45,366 nt of DNA from Candidatus Moraniibacteriota bacterium (GCA_017983435.1 JAGOBM010000007.1:1-45366), one strand, 5' to 3'. Numbered from the stretch's first letter, positions 27,201-35,889 are shown. Made by a program: numbers and translations. The notes: generated by a model not told the origin, from the letters alone.

Positions 27201-28783
27201 GGAATATCGAGTACGGCAATTACGCGGTGGCATCATTTACGGCTGACACGAGCAATCCGCCGATTCCGGGCAGTGTCCAGATCTTTGATACCTCGGACCG
27301 GGAGAATTCCAAGTACGGTATCGCGGTGAAGTGGGCTCGACCGGACGGTATCGACCAGGCGAACTTCGACGGTTTCGTCATCTACCGCTCGGAGGACAAC
27401 GTGACGTTTACCGAAATCGCCAAGACAACCGGTAGCGCCTATGTGGACTCTGGCGAGATCCTCCTGCCATCGGGCGACACGACGCTTGAGAGTAAGCTGT
27501 ACTATTACTACGTGAAATCGAAGGACAAGACGAGCAATTACTCGGCCGCTTCCTCGACCGTCTCTATCGTTCCGACCGGAAAATATACGACGGCTCCGAA
27601 GCTGGTCGGTACGCCGAGCTTCACGACGCAGTCGTATCAGGCGACGTTTCAGTGGGCGACGGATCGTGTGGCGAGCTCATTCATCGAGTACGGGAAATCC
27701 ATCTCGCTCGGCGAGACGACCGGCCAGGTCGATTCGGTGACCTCGCACGAGGTGCTGACCAAAGGATTGGCCGCCGGCACGAAGTATTTCTATCGGGTGA
27801 AATATATCGATCCGGACGGCAATATCGGGACATCGGAAGTAGATACGTTCACGACTCTGCCGCCGCCGGTGATTTCTGAGGTGACCGTGACCGATATCCA
27901 GCTTCATACCGCCTATGTGAACTGGGAGACCAACGTGAGCGCGACCTGTACCCTGAAATATGGCTCGTACACGATCGAGGAAGAGACGGGTGGATCAGGA
28001 CACGTGCAGCGTATCGATCAGCTGGAGCCAGCGTCGGATTATCGGGTGCAGATCGAATGTGTCGACGGCGATCTAAATGAGTTCTCATCGGATGAATATT
28101 CGTTCAGCACGCCGGAAGAGCCGGTTGTCTCGGAAGTGACTATCGAGAACAAGGAAAATGTCGATCTTCCGACTATCGCAATCGCTTATCAGACCAATGT
28201 CGCGACCTCGACTCTGATATACTACAAGTCAGCGAGCGGTACCAATCACACGTACCTGACGGAGGAGCGGGTAACCGAGCATCATGCCGAGATATCTGAT
28301 CTCGATCCGGCGGTGGAATACGCGATCACGGTAACGGGCATGGATCAGTATAATATCCAGGCGACGCCGTTTGAGCAGCGGATTACGACCCGTACCGATT
28401 CGCGTCCGCCGAAGATTCTAGCCAACAAGGCGATGGGCCGGGTATCGGGCCGAGGGACCAATGCGCAGGCCAATGTCTATATCAAGATCGAGACCGATGA
28501 GCCGTCGCGCATCCATGTCGCCTATGCCAAGGGTATCGTGACGCGTTCGTTTGAGCAGTCGACGAGCGACGATTCGCTGAATACCTATCATCTGATTACG
28601 ATTCCCGCGGAAGCCGGTGATGTCTATAGCTATCAGGTGGAGGCGTATGATGAAGCCAACAACAAGACCGTGACGGATGCGGCGACGGTGCCGGTCGAGC
28701 AGTCCAAGGCCAATGCGACCGAAGTGATTACGCGGACTTTCCTCAACAATTTTGGATGGATCGCAAGTCTGGGAGGCAATTAG
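21287..28783 (+). CDS. Giant membrane-anchored surface protein: 24 Kelch-like beta-propeller blades, 2 beta-sandwich modules and about 9 FN3-like domains
   Basis: The frame is open over 21209-28783 (2524 codons). The first in-frame ATG is at 21287, with other candidates at 21359 and 21428. The single TM helix GAVATIGIVLAIYIGGIGV lies at nt 21599-21658. The Y-x-x-R/G-G...F/W-x-Y...W-x-x-L repeat recurs every 44-58 aa. Confidence 0.85.
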   Translation: MDVKHKTKATGASWLWRRFFRSLWMRYAHARTLFLKSRAVVRKPRQRMIVEADSLSEFLSEYSVADRESYGAAYRRRYYVALACRYAGRKLAWIGKIVRQAGWRGAVATIGIVLAIYIGGIGVSSAPFARSISTEMEWSGGASDNLSLESATDAIQLASQGSWSARTWAVPPDTVSAGSSSVFVGDDLYVMRGLSDKAFWKYDSVLNEWIELEDLPFPAYYGASMTSNGNSLIYVIFGGYSKKFYQYDTATGDWTALPDLLDTTWTGASISFDGTNPYVLRGNASTDFWRYNVALGEWQSLAPISATASTGASLVYGQDGNFYTPRGANTLTFYRYNVATNTWSARTNITTGYTFGGNQQGAYANGFIYYPRSASTNSLLRYDIAGNSWAVLAAMPATANDTPIAYNANDNQLYMLRSAGTYDLWKFDPTLGATGDWVGPQQVMNNAFGMGTGSDLLWNGVTGAGSYVYAVRGGTAGFYRYATATNTWTALTNLPLVPTADTTGTLIGDYIYYPLGNNTTTFYRYTISTNTWAAMTVLPGTASNGGSAAYNASDGKVYVLRGNGTANFYSSPNTTTLAWTTLSSTVISGVTYNSNIGARLVSDGTDLYATVGDGETAFLKYSTASSTWSRVASTPFAQYYGTSLTHTGGKIYALAGYYKDEAWEYTIATDTWRQLPSNQKYLYGRGPYNGAALEYAGGSSFYALTGLGTTDMWSFTAGTGSFVSSGTYVSEPLDLAQASDWVSLVANDTVPANTSVVYETRSSTDAASWSAWETVSGTTIASPAQRYLQVRITLATSDGVSTPTVTDYTITYNNSDTPPTNPTAVNAYSQNVGGVTLTSGQSYPHEHPYFSFSGAASPEAGIEGYYVYFGTNASADPAASGSFQTAATYEVNRALDTGTYYLRIKTKDNNGNVSAATYAAFTYVYNGVSPALVETKTSQAEFAAGTLSDLSSSAVPDSLRLAPVSGTGFWNQSRLTNMLAAVSSGGDSVRVNYSGNEYIYALRGAGTTGFYRYELATDTWTALAVTLGTVGSGGSIIAGPNGTLYATQGNNLPTFWKYDIATNIWTAVSSAPKNFNIGGSLSYDGSRYIYGLPGSDDAFYQYDTTNNLWTAKANAQFGNPNTVDGQTVNYGSDSAYDGRNNIYVLQGNYYPYLARYSIATDAEYGETANTWTVLSSAPTGIYTGGSIAYDATTESLYVTRGNWKNNYYRYVIGTDTWSQLPDTPAGFDQGATQTVYDGYIYALRGANTANFYRYNISESSWEIPAKGLFGPSIPGGTSYFPFYYGTATTSDGDGNIYLMRGYYDNVFVKYNVATGTTTEMARLPVGAYDGATLSYAVDRDEIYYSPGTIRTTRSGAGNYFYKYDVATNTWTEITTDRPPLQVGAGSSMTYDGSRYLYLTRGAGTTTWWRYDLDGTNGSRWSALTVNASLATTTGGSIVASTGFVYAVRGGNNAIYRYDTTGGTWSTLPVMPATITTGGSMVDGQDGYLYVVRGGNTSSKYRYRIADGLSGTWENVTNIPAQVNIGGFMQQEKERNWVIAGNGTNSYPDGLYSYVVSSAANGTGFKKVGTYTSEALDLISVYRWGSLSVNFTQPDHTFVSFETRASSDGVDWSAWVAVSNEQIFGTEHVYKINSSPAGYMQVRATLTSSDQIFSPAIEDYTVSYYQDIAAPTNPSAIGAYTSSAKTTSLTTDTWYNHTGPYFEWPAAETVGGASDGTGGSGVAGYYVYFGTDVNADPVAFQSGHTYQAGSLSAGQTYYLKISTEDQAGMISAGAYAAFTYKFDNIAPTNPSTIGVTPTGYTAIDNYAFVWSPDAADAFSGISKLQYRTDGDVPDTWVDITNVSQVSLSIPNVDHIVGAYQSGKNKFYLRVVDGAGNASGAMMQEYYYSASAPTPPQNLAVTPLTSTVNSFAFSWDTPASFAGDEAGIVYHYSINVLPTANNSVATSVKAAGPSAFATQKGENLFFVVAEDEAGNIEYGNYAVASFTADTSNPPIPGSVQIFDTSDRENSKYGIAVKWARPDGIDQANFDGFVIYRSEDNVTFTEIAKTTGSAYVDSGEILLPSGDTTLESKLYYYYVKSKDKTSNYSAASSTVSIVPTGKYTTAPKLVGTPSFTTQSYQATFQWATDRVASSFIEYGKSISLGETTGQVDSVTSHEVLTKGLAAGTKYFYRVKYIDPDGNIGTSEVDTFTTLPPPVISEVTVTDIQLHTAYVNWETNVSATCTLKYGSYTIEEETGGSGHVQRIDQLEPASDYRVQIECVDGDLNEFSSDEYSFSTPEEPVVSEVTIENKENVDLPTIAIAYQTNVATSTLIYYKSASGTNHTYLTEERVTEHHAEISDLDPAVEYAITVTGMDQYNIQATPFEQRITTRTDSRPPKILANKAMGRVSGRGTNAQANVYIKIETDEPSRIHVAYAKGIVTRSFEQSTSDDSLNTYHLITIPAEAGDVYSYQVEAYDEANNKTVTDAATVPVEQSKANATEVITRTFLNNFGWIASLGGN

Positions 28784-28806
28784 ACATACGCAATGAGAGA
28801 TTCTAT

Positions 28807-29568
28807 ATGACCGAAGAGAACGAAGTCGTTATCAGAGTCGTCGGACTCAAGAAGAGCTTTCATGTCGGTACCCAGAATATCCCGGTGCTGCACGGCATCG
28901 ACCTCGAGGTCCACAAGGGCGAGTTTGTCCTGCTCGTCGGACCGTCCGGCTGTGGCAAATCGACGCTCTTGCACACGATATACGGTCTGGAAAACCCGAC
29001 TGAGGGGACGGTATATATTGAGGAAGACGACATCTGGGAGAAGACCAAAGATTGGCGGGCGAATTTCAGGAACCGGCATATCGGCTTCATTCCGCAGCAG
29101 CCGTTTTGGATCAAATCGCTTACGGTGATTGAGAATATCGCCATACCCGGAGTCATCGGCGGAAAGACTTTTGGCGAGAGCATCCCTCTGGCGGCCAAGC
29201 TGATCGAGCTGGTCGGTATGGGCGAGTGGGCCAATCATCGTCCGTACGACCTGTCCGGAGGCCAGCAGCAGCGTATCGCGCTCGCTCGCTCGCTCCTGCT
29301 CAATCCGAAGTTCATCATCGCCGACGAGCCGACCGGCAATCTCGATATCAAGGCGGGCGAGACGCTCATGACGCTGCTCCGTAATATCTCCCAGCAGTTC
29401 GGTATCACGATCATGATGGTGACGCACAATATCGATCAGTACAAATTCGGCTCGCGTATCGTCAATATGGTGGATGGGAGAGTGACCTCGGATACTATCA
29501 ATCAGCATTCCATCGAGATGATGGAGCAGGATGTCACGGATCTCAAGCAAAAAACGGAAACCGTATGA
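28807..29568 (+). CDS. ABC transporter ATP-binding protein (MacB/LolD-type)
   Basis: Walker A GPSGCGKST, signature LSGGQQQRIALARS, Walker B IIADEPTGNLD. It starts 23 nt after the giant gene's stop. Confidence 0.9.
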   Translation: MTEENEVVIRVVGLKKSFHVGTQNIPVLHGIDLEVHKGEFVLLVGPSGCGKSTLLHTIYGLENPTEGTVYIEEDDIWEKTKDWRANFRNRHIGFIPQQPFWIKSLTVIENIAIPGVIGGKTFGESIPLAAKLIELVGMGEWANHRPYDLSGGQQQRIALARSLLLNPKFIIADEPTGNLDIKAGETLMTLLRNISQQFGITIMMVTHNIDQYKFGSRIVNMVDGRVTSDTINQHSIEMMEQDVTDLKQKTETV

Positions 29569-30878
29569 GTTTTCTCAAGAAAAATCAGAAACCGAAGACA
29601 GCGGCGGAAGAGCGGCATGCGGCCGATTTCCGGTTTTCCCATATGCGGCTTTCCACGATACTCTTCATCGGGTATCGAAATATGTTCTCGAATCGGATGC
29701 GTTCGGTACTGACGATCGGCGGTGTCGCCATCGGTATCGGCATCATCACGCTTCTGATTTCGCTCGGTTTCGGCGTGCAGGGAATGGTGATTCGCGAAGT
29801 GACCAAGAACAATCCGAGCGATATCATCGATATCAGCAACAAAAGCCTCGAGAGCTTCGCCTTGCTCGATACGCAGACGATCGAGCGTATCCGGAAGATC
29901 GAAGGCATCGAACAGATCGAAATCCGGGCGAGCATCGGCGGTAAGTTTTTCAACGGCGATGCCCAGACGGATGTCGTCATCAACGCGATTAGTCGCCACT
30001 ATCTCGATCTGGCGCGCTCGGACCTCGATGCTGGTATCCGGGAGAAGATATTCCTGGAGCCGCGTTCCATCCTGATCACCCCCAAGCTGGCGGTATTGCT
30101 CGGTTTTGATAACCCGGATGACAGTATCGGCAAGACGATAGAGTATACCGGAGTCGTCACTGGGGATATGCTGGCAGATGTGGAGGAGTCTCCTGCGCGG
30201 TCAGAGGAAGAAATCGCTGCCGAGAATAAACTGACCATAGTCGGTGTTGTCAGGGATCAAGCGAAGGATGAAGCGGTATATGCGTTCATGCCGATCGACG
30301 AAGTCCGGAAACGCTACGGCAAGGTTGCGGGGCAGTTCGCCAAGGCGCGTGTCAAAGACGAGCTCTCGATCGAGCCGGCGCGCCTGCAGATTGAGCAGAC
30401 GGCTTTCGTGACGGAGAGCGTCATCGATACGATTGCTGATATCAACTCGTTCTTCTCAATCGTCCGGGCTATCCTGGTGGTTTTCGGTGTCATCATTATG
30501 TCGATTTCGGCGATGGGCATGCTCAATACCTTGAGTATCTCTCTTCTGCAGCGGACCAAGGAAGTCGGTATCCTCAAGGCGCTCGGCACCAAACGGACCG
30601 ATATCTTCAAGATGTTCATCTTTGAGGCGTTCCTGATCAGCTTTTTCGGCGGCGTGCTCGGGCTTCTGTTCGGCTACGGATCAGCCAAGGGAATCAACTA
30701 CGGCATCAATCTCATGGCATCGAAATACGGCGTGGCCGCCTCGAGTTTCGTGGAGATCCCCTCGATGTTCGTGGTACTGATCGCGGTGTTCATCTTTTTC
30801 CTTGGTCTGCTCACCGGTATTTTTCCGGCAGTCCGGGCCTCCAAGATCCATGCACTCGAAGCGCTGCGGTACGAATAA
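29565..30878 (+). CDS. ABC transporter permease, FtsX/MacB-type, with a large extracytoplasmic domain
   Basis: 437 aa. TM1 is followed by an external domain of about 230 aa, then three C-terminal TM helices in the FtsX-type arrangement. ATGA overlap with the ATPase gene. Confidence 0.88.
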   Translation: MSFLKKNQKPKTAAEERHAADFRFSHMRLSTILFIGYRNMFSNRMRSVLTIGGVAIGIGIITLLISLGFGVQGMVIREVTKNNPSDIIDISNKSLESFALLDTQTIERIRKIEGIEQIEIRASIGGKFFNGDAQTDVVINAISRHYLDLARSDLDAGIREKIFLEPRSILITPKLAVLLGFDNPDDSIGKTIEYTGVVTGDMLADVEESPARSEEEIAAENKLTIVGVVRDQAKDEAVYAFMPIDEVRKRYGKVAGQFAKARVKDELSIEPARLQIEQTAFVTESVIDTIADINSFFSIVRAILVVFGVIIMSISAMGMLNTLSISLLQRTKEVGILKALGTKRTDIFKMFIFEAFLISFFGGVLGLLFGYGSAKGINYGINLMASKYGVAASSFVEIPSMFVVLIAVFIFFLGLLTGIFPAVRASKIHALEALRYE

Positions 30879-30938
30879 TCCTGGCCGAGAAACGCGTTTT
30901 TTATCCCGAGAGCGGTGCATCTGGGGATTTTTCATGGC

Positions 30939-30966
30939 TTGACACTCTATTTTGGCAGTCTATAAT
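30939..30966 (+). promoter_or_regulatory. Consensus sigma70-like promoter of groEL (TTGACA-16-TATAAT)
   Basis: TTGACA at 30939-30944 and TATAAT at 30961-30966. Confidence 0.6.
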
Positions 30967-30978
30967 AGAGAGTGCTAA
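30952..30978 (+). promoter_or_regulatory. CIRCE-like operator (putative HrcA site) overlapping the -10 box
   Basis: TTGGCAGTC-N9-GAGTGCTAA against the consensus TTAGCACTC-N9-GAGTGCTAA. The left half matches 7/9 and the right half 9/9. Confidence 0.55.
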
Positions 30979-31050
30979 TTAAATTGTTAAATAGTTACAA
31001 TTGTTTTGCATTGCTGTTTTTTGGAACGATAAGGCAATAAAACAATTTAG

Positions 31051-32715
<1,665 letters not shown>

Positions 32716-32765
32716 AACAGCCTTTAGTTGTTAGCTGCCTAGCTGATTAGGGCAGACAAAAAAGC

Positions 32766-32802
32766 AAGACAAAGCGGCTTTTAAGAGTCGTTTTGTCTTT
32801 TT
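32766..32802 (+). terminator. Intrinsic terminator after groEL
   Basis: AAGACAAAGCG/CGTTTTGTCTT 11-bp stem (one G-U pair). The short T-run (T5) begins within the 3' arm. Confidence 0.6.
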
Positions 32803-32886
32803 ATGGGAAGAGCGATATGCTGATGATGGTTTGATTTCTTTTTCTCTGGGAAACTAAGCAGCTAAGAAGCTAACGAGCCGTCTATT

Positions 32887-33342
32887 ATGTTTTGTCCCTA
32901 TTGCCGTCATACGGATACGAAAGTCGTGGATTCCCGCCTGACGCAGGAGGGTCGTTCGGTGCGCCGCCGCCGGGAATGTGAGAAGTGTCAGGCGCGCTTC
33001 AGTACCTATGAGGAGCCGGATTTTTATCGGGTGACGGTCATCAAGAAGGATGGACATCGCGAGCTTTTCGACCGGGCGAAGCTGCGTGTCGGTCTGGAGC
33101 GCGCGTTTGAGAAGCGGCCGCAAGCGGATGAGAAGGTGGCGCATGTGCTCAGGGACATCGAGCGATTGATCCGTGAGCGCGGCCTTAAGGATATCGCGAG
33201 CCGGGAAATCGGCCGCCTAGTCATGGAGCAGCTCCGCGGTGTCGATGAGGTGGCGTTTATCCGTTTTGTGAGCGTCTACAAGTCTTTCGGGAGCGCGCAG
33301 AGTTTCCGTAAGGCGATTGAGAGTCTCGATGACGAGGCATGA
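32887..33342 (+). CDS. nrdR: Transcriptional repressor NrdR
   Basis: Zinc ribbon MFCPYCRH...CEKC followed by an ATP-cone. Confidence 0.92.
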   Translation: MFCPYCRHTDTKVVDSRLTQEGRSVRRRRECEKCQARFSTYEEPDFYRVTVIKKDGHRELFDRAKLRVGLERAFEKRPQADEKVAHVLRDIERLIRERGLKDIASREIGRLVMEQLRGVDEVAFIRFVSVYKSFGSAQSFRKAIESLDDEA

Positions 33343-34781
33343 AGCGCTGGCTACTTCCGATACTATCAGGCTCTTTCGTCGCCGGCGTCGCTCTTGGTTC
33401 CCTGATGACATTTCAGAGCGCGCTGGTCTTCGGATGTCTCGCGGGGGTTGTGATTGTGGCGGCTGTGGCTGCTTTTCAGAGCCGTCTGGTCGTACTCTTC
33501 CTGGTCTCCGGTGGATTGTTCATATCCGGCGTGCTCCTGGTATCAGATACCACGGAGCAGTATCAGGCTTTGTCCGGCATATCCGGAGTGAGCGGTAGCG
33601 GAACGATACGGGGTGAGATGGATCGAGGAGTCTACGATGCGCGAGTCGTAGTGGCACTCGATGATTGCGGGAGCGAGGCGTGTCCTCGTGAGTCGGTGCA
33701 GCTGCGAGTCGATCGTTTCAGCGAGTGGTCCGATGGTATGCGGGTACGTATCGGCCCGTGCGATTTCAAGCGGCCCAGACGTTTCGATCCGGAGTTCGAT
33801 TATCCGATGTATCTCGCCAAGGAGGGTATCGGATTCGTTGCGGAACGGTGTCCGATGGAGCGGATAGCGGCTGAGGATAGCTATTTCCGGACCTGGCTCT
33901 CTCGGGCGCGCGTATCGGTGGCGGAGCGTATCGCCTATCGATTGCCGGAACCGGAAGCGGGTTTGGCGAGAGGATTACTGCTCGGTGGCAGTGATGAGCT
34001 GCCTGATTCCGTGGCGGATGCTTTTCGGACGGTCGGACTGTCGCATATCGTCGCAGTATCCGGCTACAATATTTCCGTGCTGGCCGGAGGGCTTTTCCTG
34101 CTAGGCATCCTGCTCGGCTGGTATCGTAAGCAAGCCGTCTGGCTGACGCTTCTTGGCATCGTGCTGTTCGTCTGTCTCGTCGGCGCCCCAGCTTCGGCGG
34201 TACGGGCGGCGCTGATGGCGGGTATCGCTTTCTTTGCGCTCCTCGCGGCGCGTCCGGCCGATGGTCTCTCGCTTCTGTGCGTGGCTGGCGCGCTGATGCT
34301 CGCCGTCAACCCGCTCCTCCTCCGTTATGATATCGGATTCCAGCTTTCATTTGCAGCGACGTTTGCGATCCTGATCTCAGCTCCTCGTCGAGCTCAGATT
34401 CACTATCGGTCGTGGATTGTCGGGAGTGTCATGGAGATGGTCTTCATTACGTCGACGGTTCTCATTTTCGTCATACCGCTCTCGCTCTTCCATTTTGGCA
34501 CGCTCTCGCCGTACGCGCTCCTCAGCAATGTTTTGGTGTTACCCCTGGTCCCGGTCGCTTTTCTCCTGTCGTTCGCCATCGTACTCCTCGGTTGGGTGCC
34601 GGGTCTGGGTGCTGGGATTGGTTGGCTGGGCTACGGAGCGCTGCATGGAGCGCTCTTTCTTGGGGACCGATTGTCGGCTTTGCCCGGAGCGGGCATGACG
34701 TTTTCCGGGGTCGCTGCTTGGATGGTAGGATGCTGGTATCTCGGTTGGGTGCTTTTCTTCGTCTGGCGGAATAATAGGTAG
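33339..34781 (+). CDS. comEC: ComEC/Rec2-family DNA internalisation channel (membrane part only)
   Basis: A DUF4131-like N-terminus is followed by the Competence domain (GLSHIVAVSGYNISVL). The protein is polytopic. ATGA overlap with nrdR. Confidence 0.85.
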   Translation: MKRWLLPILSGSFVAGVALGSLMTFQSALVFGCLAGVVIVAAVAAFQSRLVVLFLVSGGLFISGVLLVSDTTEQYQALSGISGVSGSGTIRGEMDRGVYDARVVVALDDCGSEACPRESVQLRVDRFSEWSDGMRVRIGPCDFKRPRRFDPEFDYPMYLAKEGIGFVAERCPMERIAAEDSYFRTWLSRARVSVAERIAYRLPEPEAGLARGLLLGGSDELPDSVADAFRTVGLSHIVAVSGYNISVLAGGLFLLGILLGWYRKQAVWLTLLGIVLFVCLVGAPASAVRAALMAGIAFFALLAARPADGLSLLCVAGALMLAVNPLLLRYDIGFQLSFAATFAILISAPRRAQIHYRSWIVGSVMEMVFITSTVLIFVIPLSLFHFGTLSPYALLSNVLVLPLVPVAFLLSFAIVLLGWVPGLGAGIGWLGYGALHGALFLGDRLSALPGAGMTFSGVAAWMVGCWYLGWVLFFVWRNNR

Positions 34782-34784
34782 CTT

Positions 34785-35627
34785 ATGCGTATCCGTACTC
34801 TCGTGGTCGTCGCACTCCTCGCGCTCTCGATAGTGGCGGGAATATTTCTCTGGCTTTCGATTCGTGAGTTCGCACCGCTGCGAGTCGTTTTTCTCGATGT
34901 CGGGCAGGGCGATGCTATCCTGATTGCCGAAGGCGATACACAGGTATTGATTGATGGCGGTGCTGAGAGTCGGCAGCTGCTCGGCCAGCTTGGTCGCTTC
35001 GTGCCGTTTTGGGATCATCGGATTGAAACGGTCATCGCGACGCATCCGGATGCGGACCATATCGGCGGGCTGGCAGCAGTGATCCGGCGCTATCGGGTCG
35101 GGCATTTTCTCTCCAATGGTGCCGAGGGGCAGAGCGGTGCTGCCGCTGATCTCAAGCGGTCGCTTGAGCAGTCATCCGAGACGGATCGGGCGGTCTTGGG
35201 TACCGGGTCGAGGCTGGTATTTCCCGGAGGAGCCGAGCTCTCTGTGCTTTTTCCAGTGAGCGGAGCAGCTGCCAATTTGGAGGAGACGAATGAGGGCAGT
35301 ATCGTGGCACGCTTAGAATACGGACAAGCGAGCTTCTTGTTGACCGGAGATCTACCGCATGAAGAGGCCGTACTTCCGGATATCGAGCCGGCACAGGTGC
35401 TTAAAGTCGCGCATCATGGGTCGAAATATTCGACGAGCGATGCGTGGCTCGCGCGCGTGCAGCCCGAGGTCGCTGTTGTCTCAGTCGGCAAGAACCGCTA
35501 TGGTCATCCGGCCGATGAAGTGCTCCATCGACTCCGGGCCGTTGGAACGGAAATACTTCGGACGGATGAAGTCGGGAATATTGTGTTCGTCTGTCAGCAG
35601 AATGCCTGTGTCCGGGAGCGGAGATGA
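34785..35627 (+). CDS. MBL-fold metallo-hydrolase (ComEC C-terminal-type domain as a separate, TM-anchored protein)
   Basis: VFLDVGQGDAILI, THPDADHIGG and VAHHGSKYS motifs. It starts 3 nt after the comEC stop. Confidence 0.85.
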   Translation: MRIRTLVVVALLALSIVAGIFLWLSIREFAPLRVVFLDVGQGDAILIAEGDTQVLIDGGAESRQLLGQLGRFVPFWDHRIETVIATHPDADHIGGLAAVIRRYRVGHFLSNGAEGQSGAAADLKRSLEQSSETDRAVLGTGSRLVFPGGAELSVLFPVSGAAANLEETNEGSIVARLEYGQASFLLTGDLPHEEAVLPDIEPAQVLKVAHHGSKYSTSDAWLARVQPEVAVVSVGKNRYGHPADEVLHRLRAVGTEILRTDEVGNIVFVCQQNACVRERR

Positions 35628-35679
35628 TATAGCGACAGCTTGCCAATCAGCAGATAACGTGTTACTGTTTTTTGTGATT

Positions 35680-35860
35680 AGAGCTTATCTCAAAATTCAT
35701 GCCGAGAGAAAATTTGAGAATTTCGAGCGAACGCTCTGAGAGATTCTGAAGGAATATAATATATTTCAAGGAATAGAGCAGAGCGTGCAGCCGAAATTCT
35801 CAGATTTTAACCGGCAAGCGATGGTTGTGTACTTGGGCGGTGAATTTTGAGATAAGCTCT
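35680..35860. ncRNA. 181-nt extended imperfect hairpin (6S-RNA-like architecture or MITE-like inverted repeat) upstream of ndk
   Basis: Perfect 19-bp outer stem 35680-35698/35842-35860, a 17-bp stem 35709-35725/35792-35808 (one G-U pair), and a 7-bp stem 35732-35738/35779-35785. The internal loop is asymmetric (10/33 nt). Confidence 0.45.
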
Positions 35861-35889
35861 TAGATAATTCTTGAAGCGCAAAAAGTCCT

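Noticed and set aside
28807-30878. Calling the ABC pair FtsE/FtsX because it lies near ftsA-ftsZ.
   Set aside because: A terminator and the 7.5-kb giant gene separate it from ftsZ. The permease is 437 aa with an external domain of about 230 aa (MacB/LolC-like) rather than the shorter FtsX layout, so it is annotated generically.
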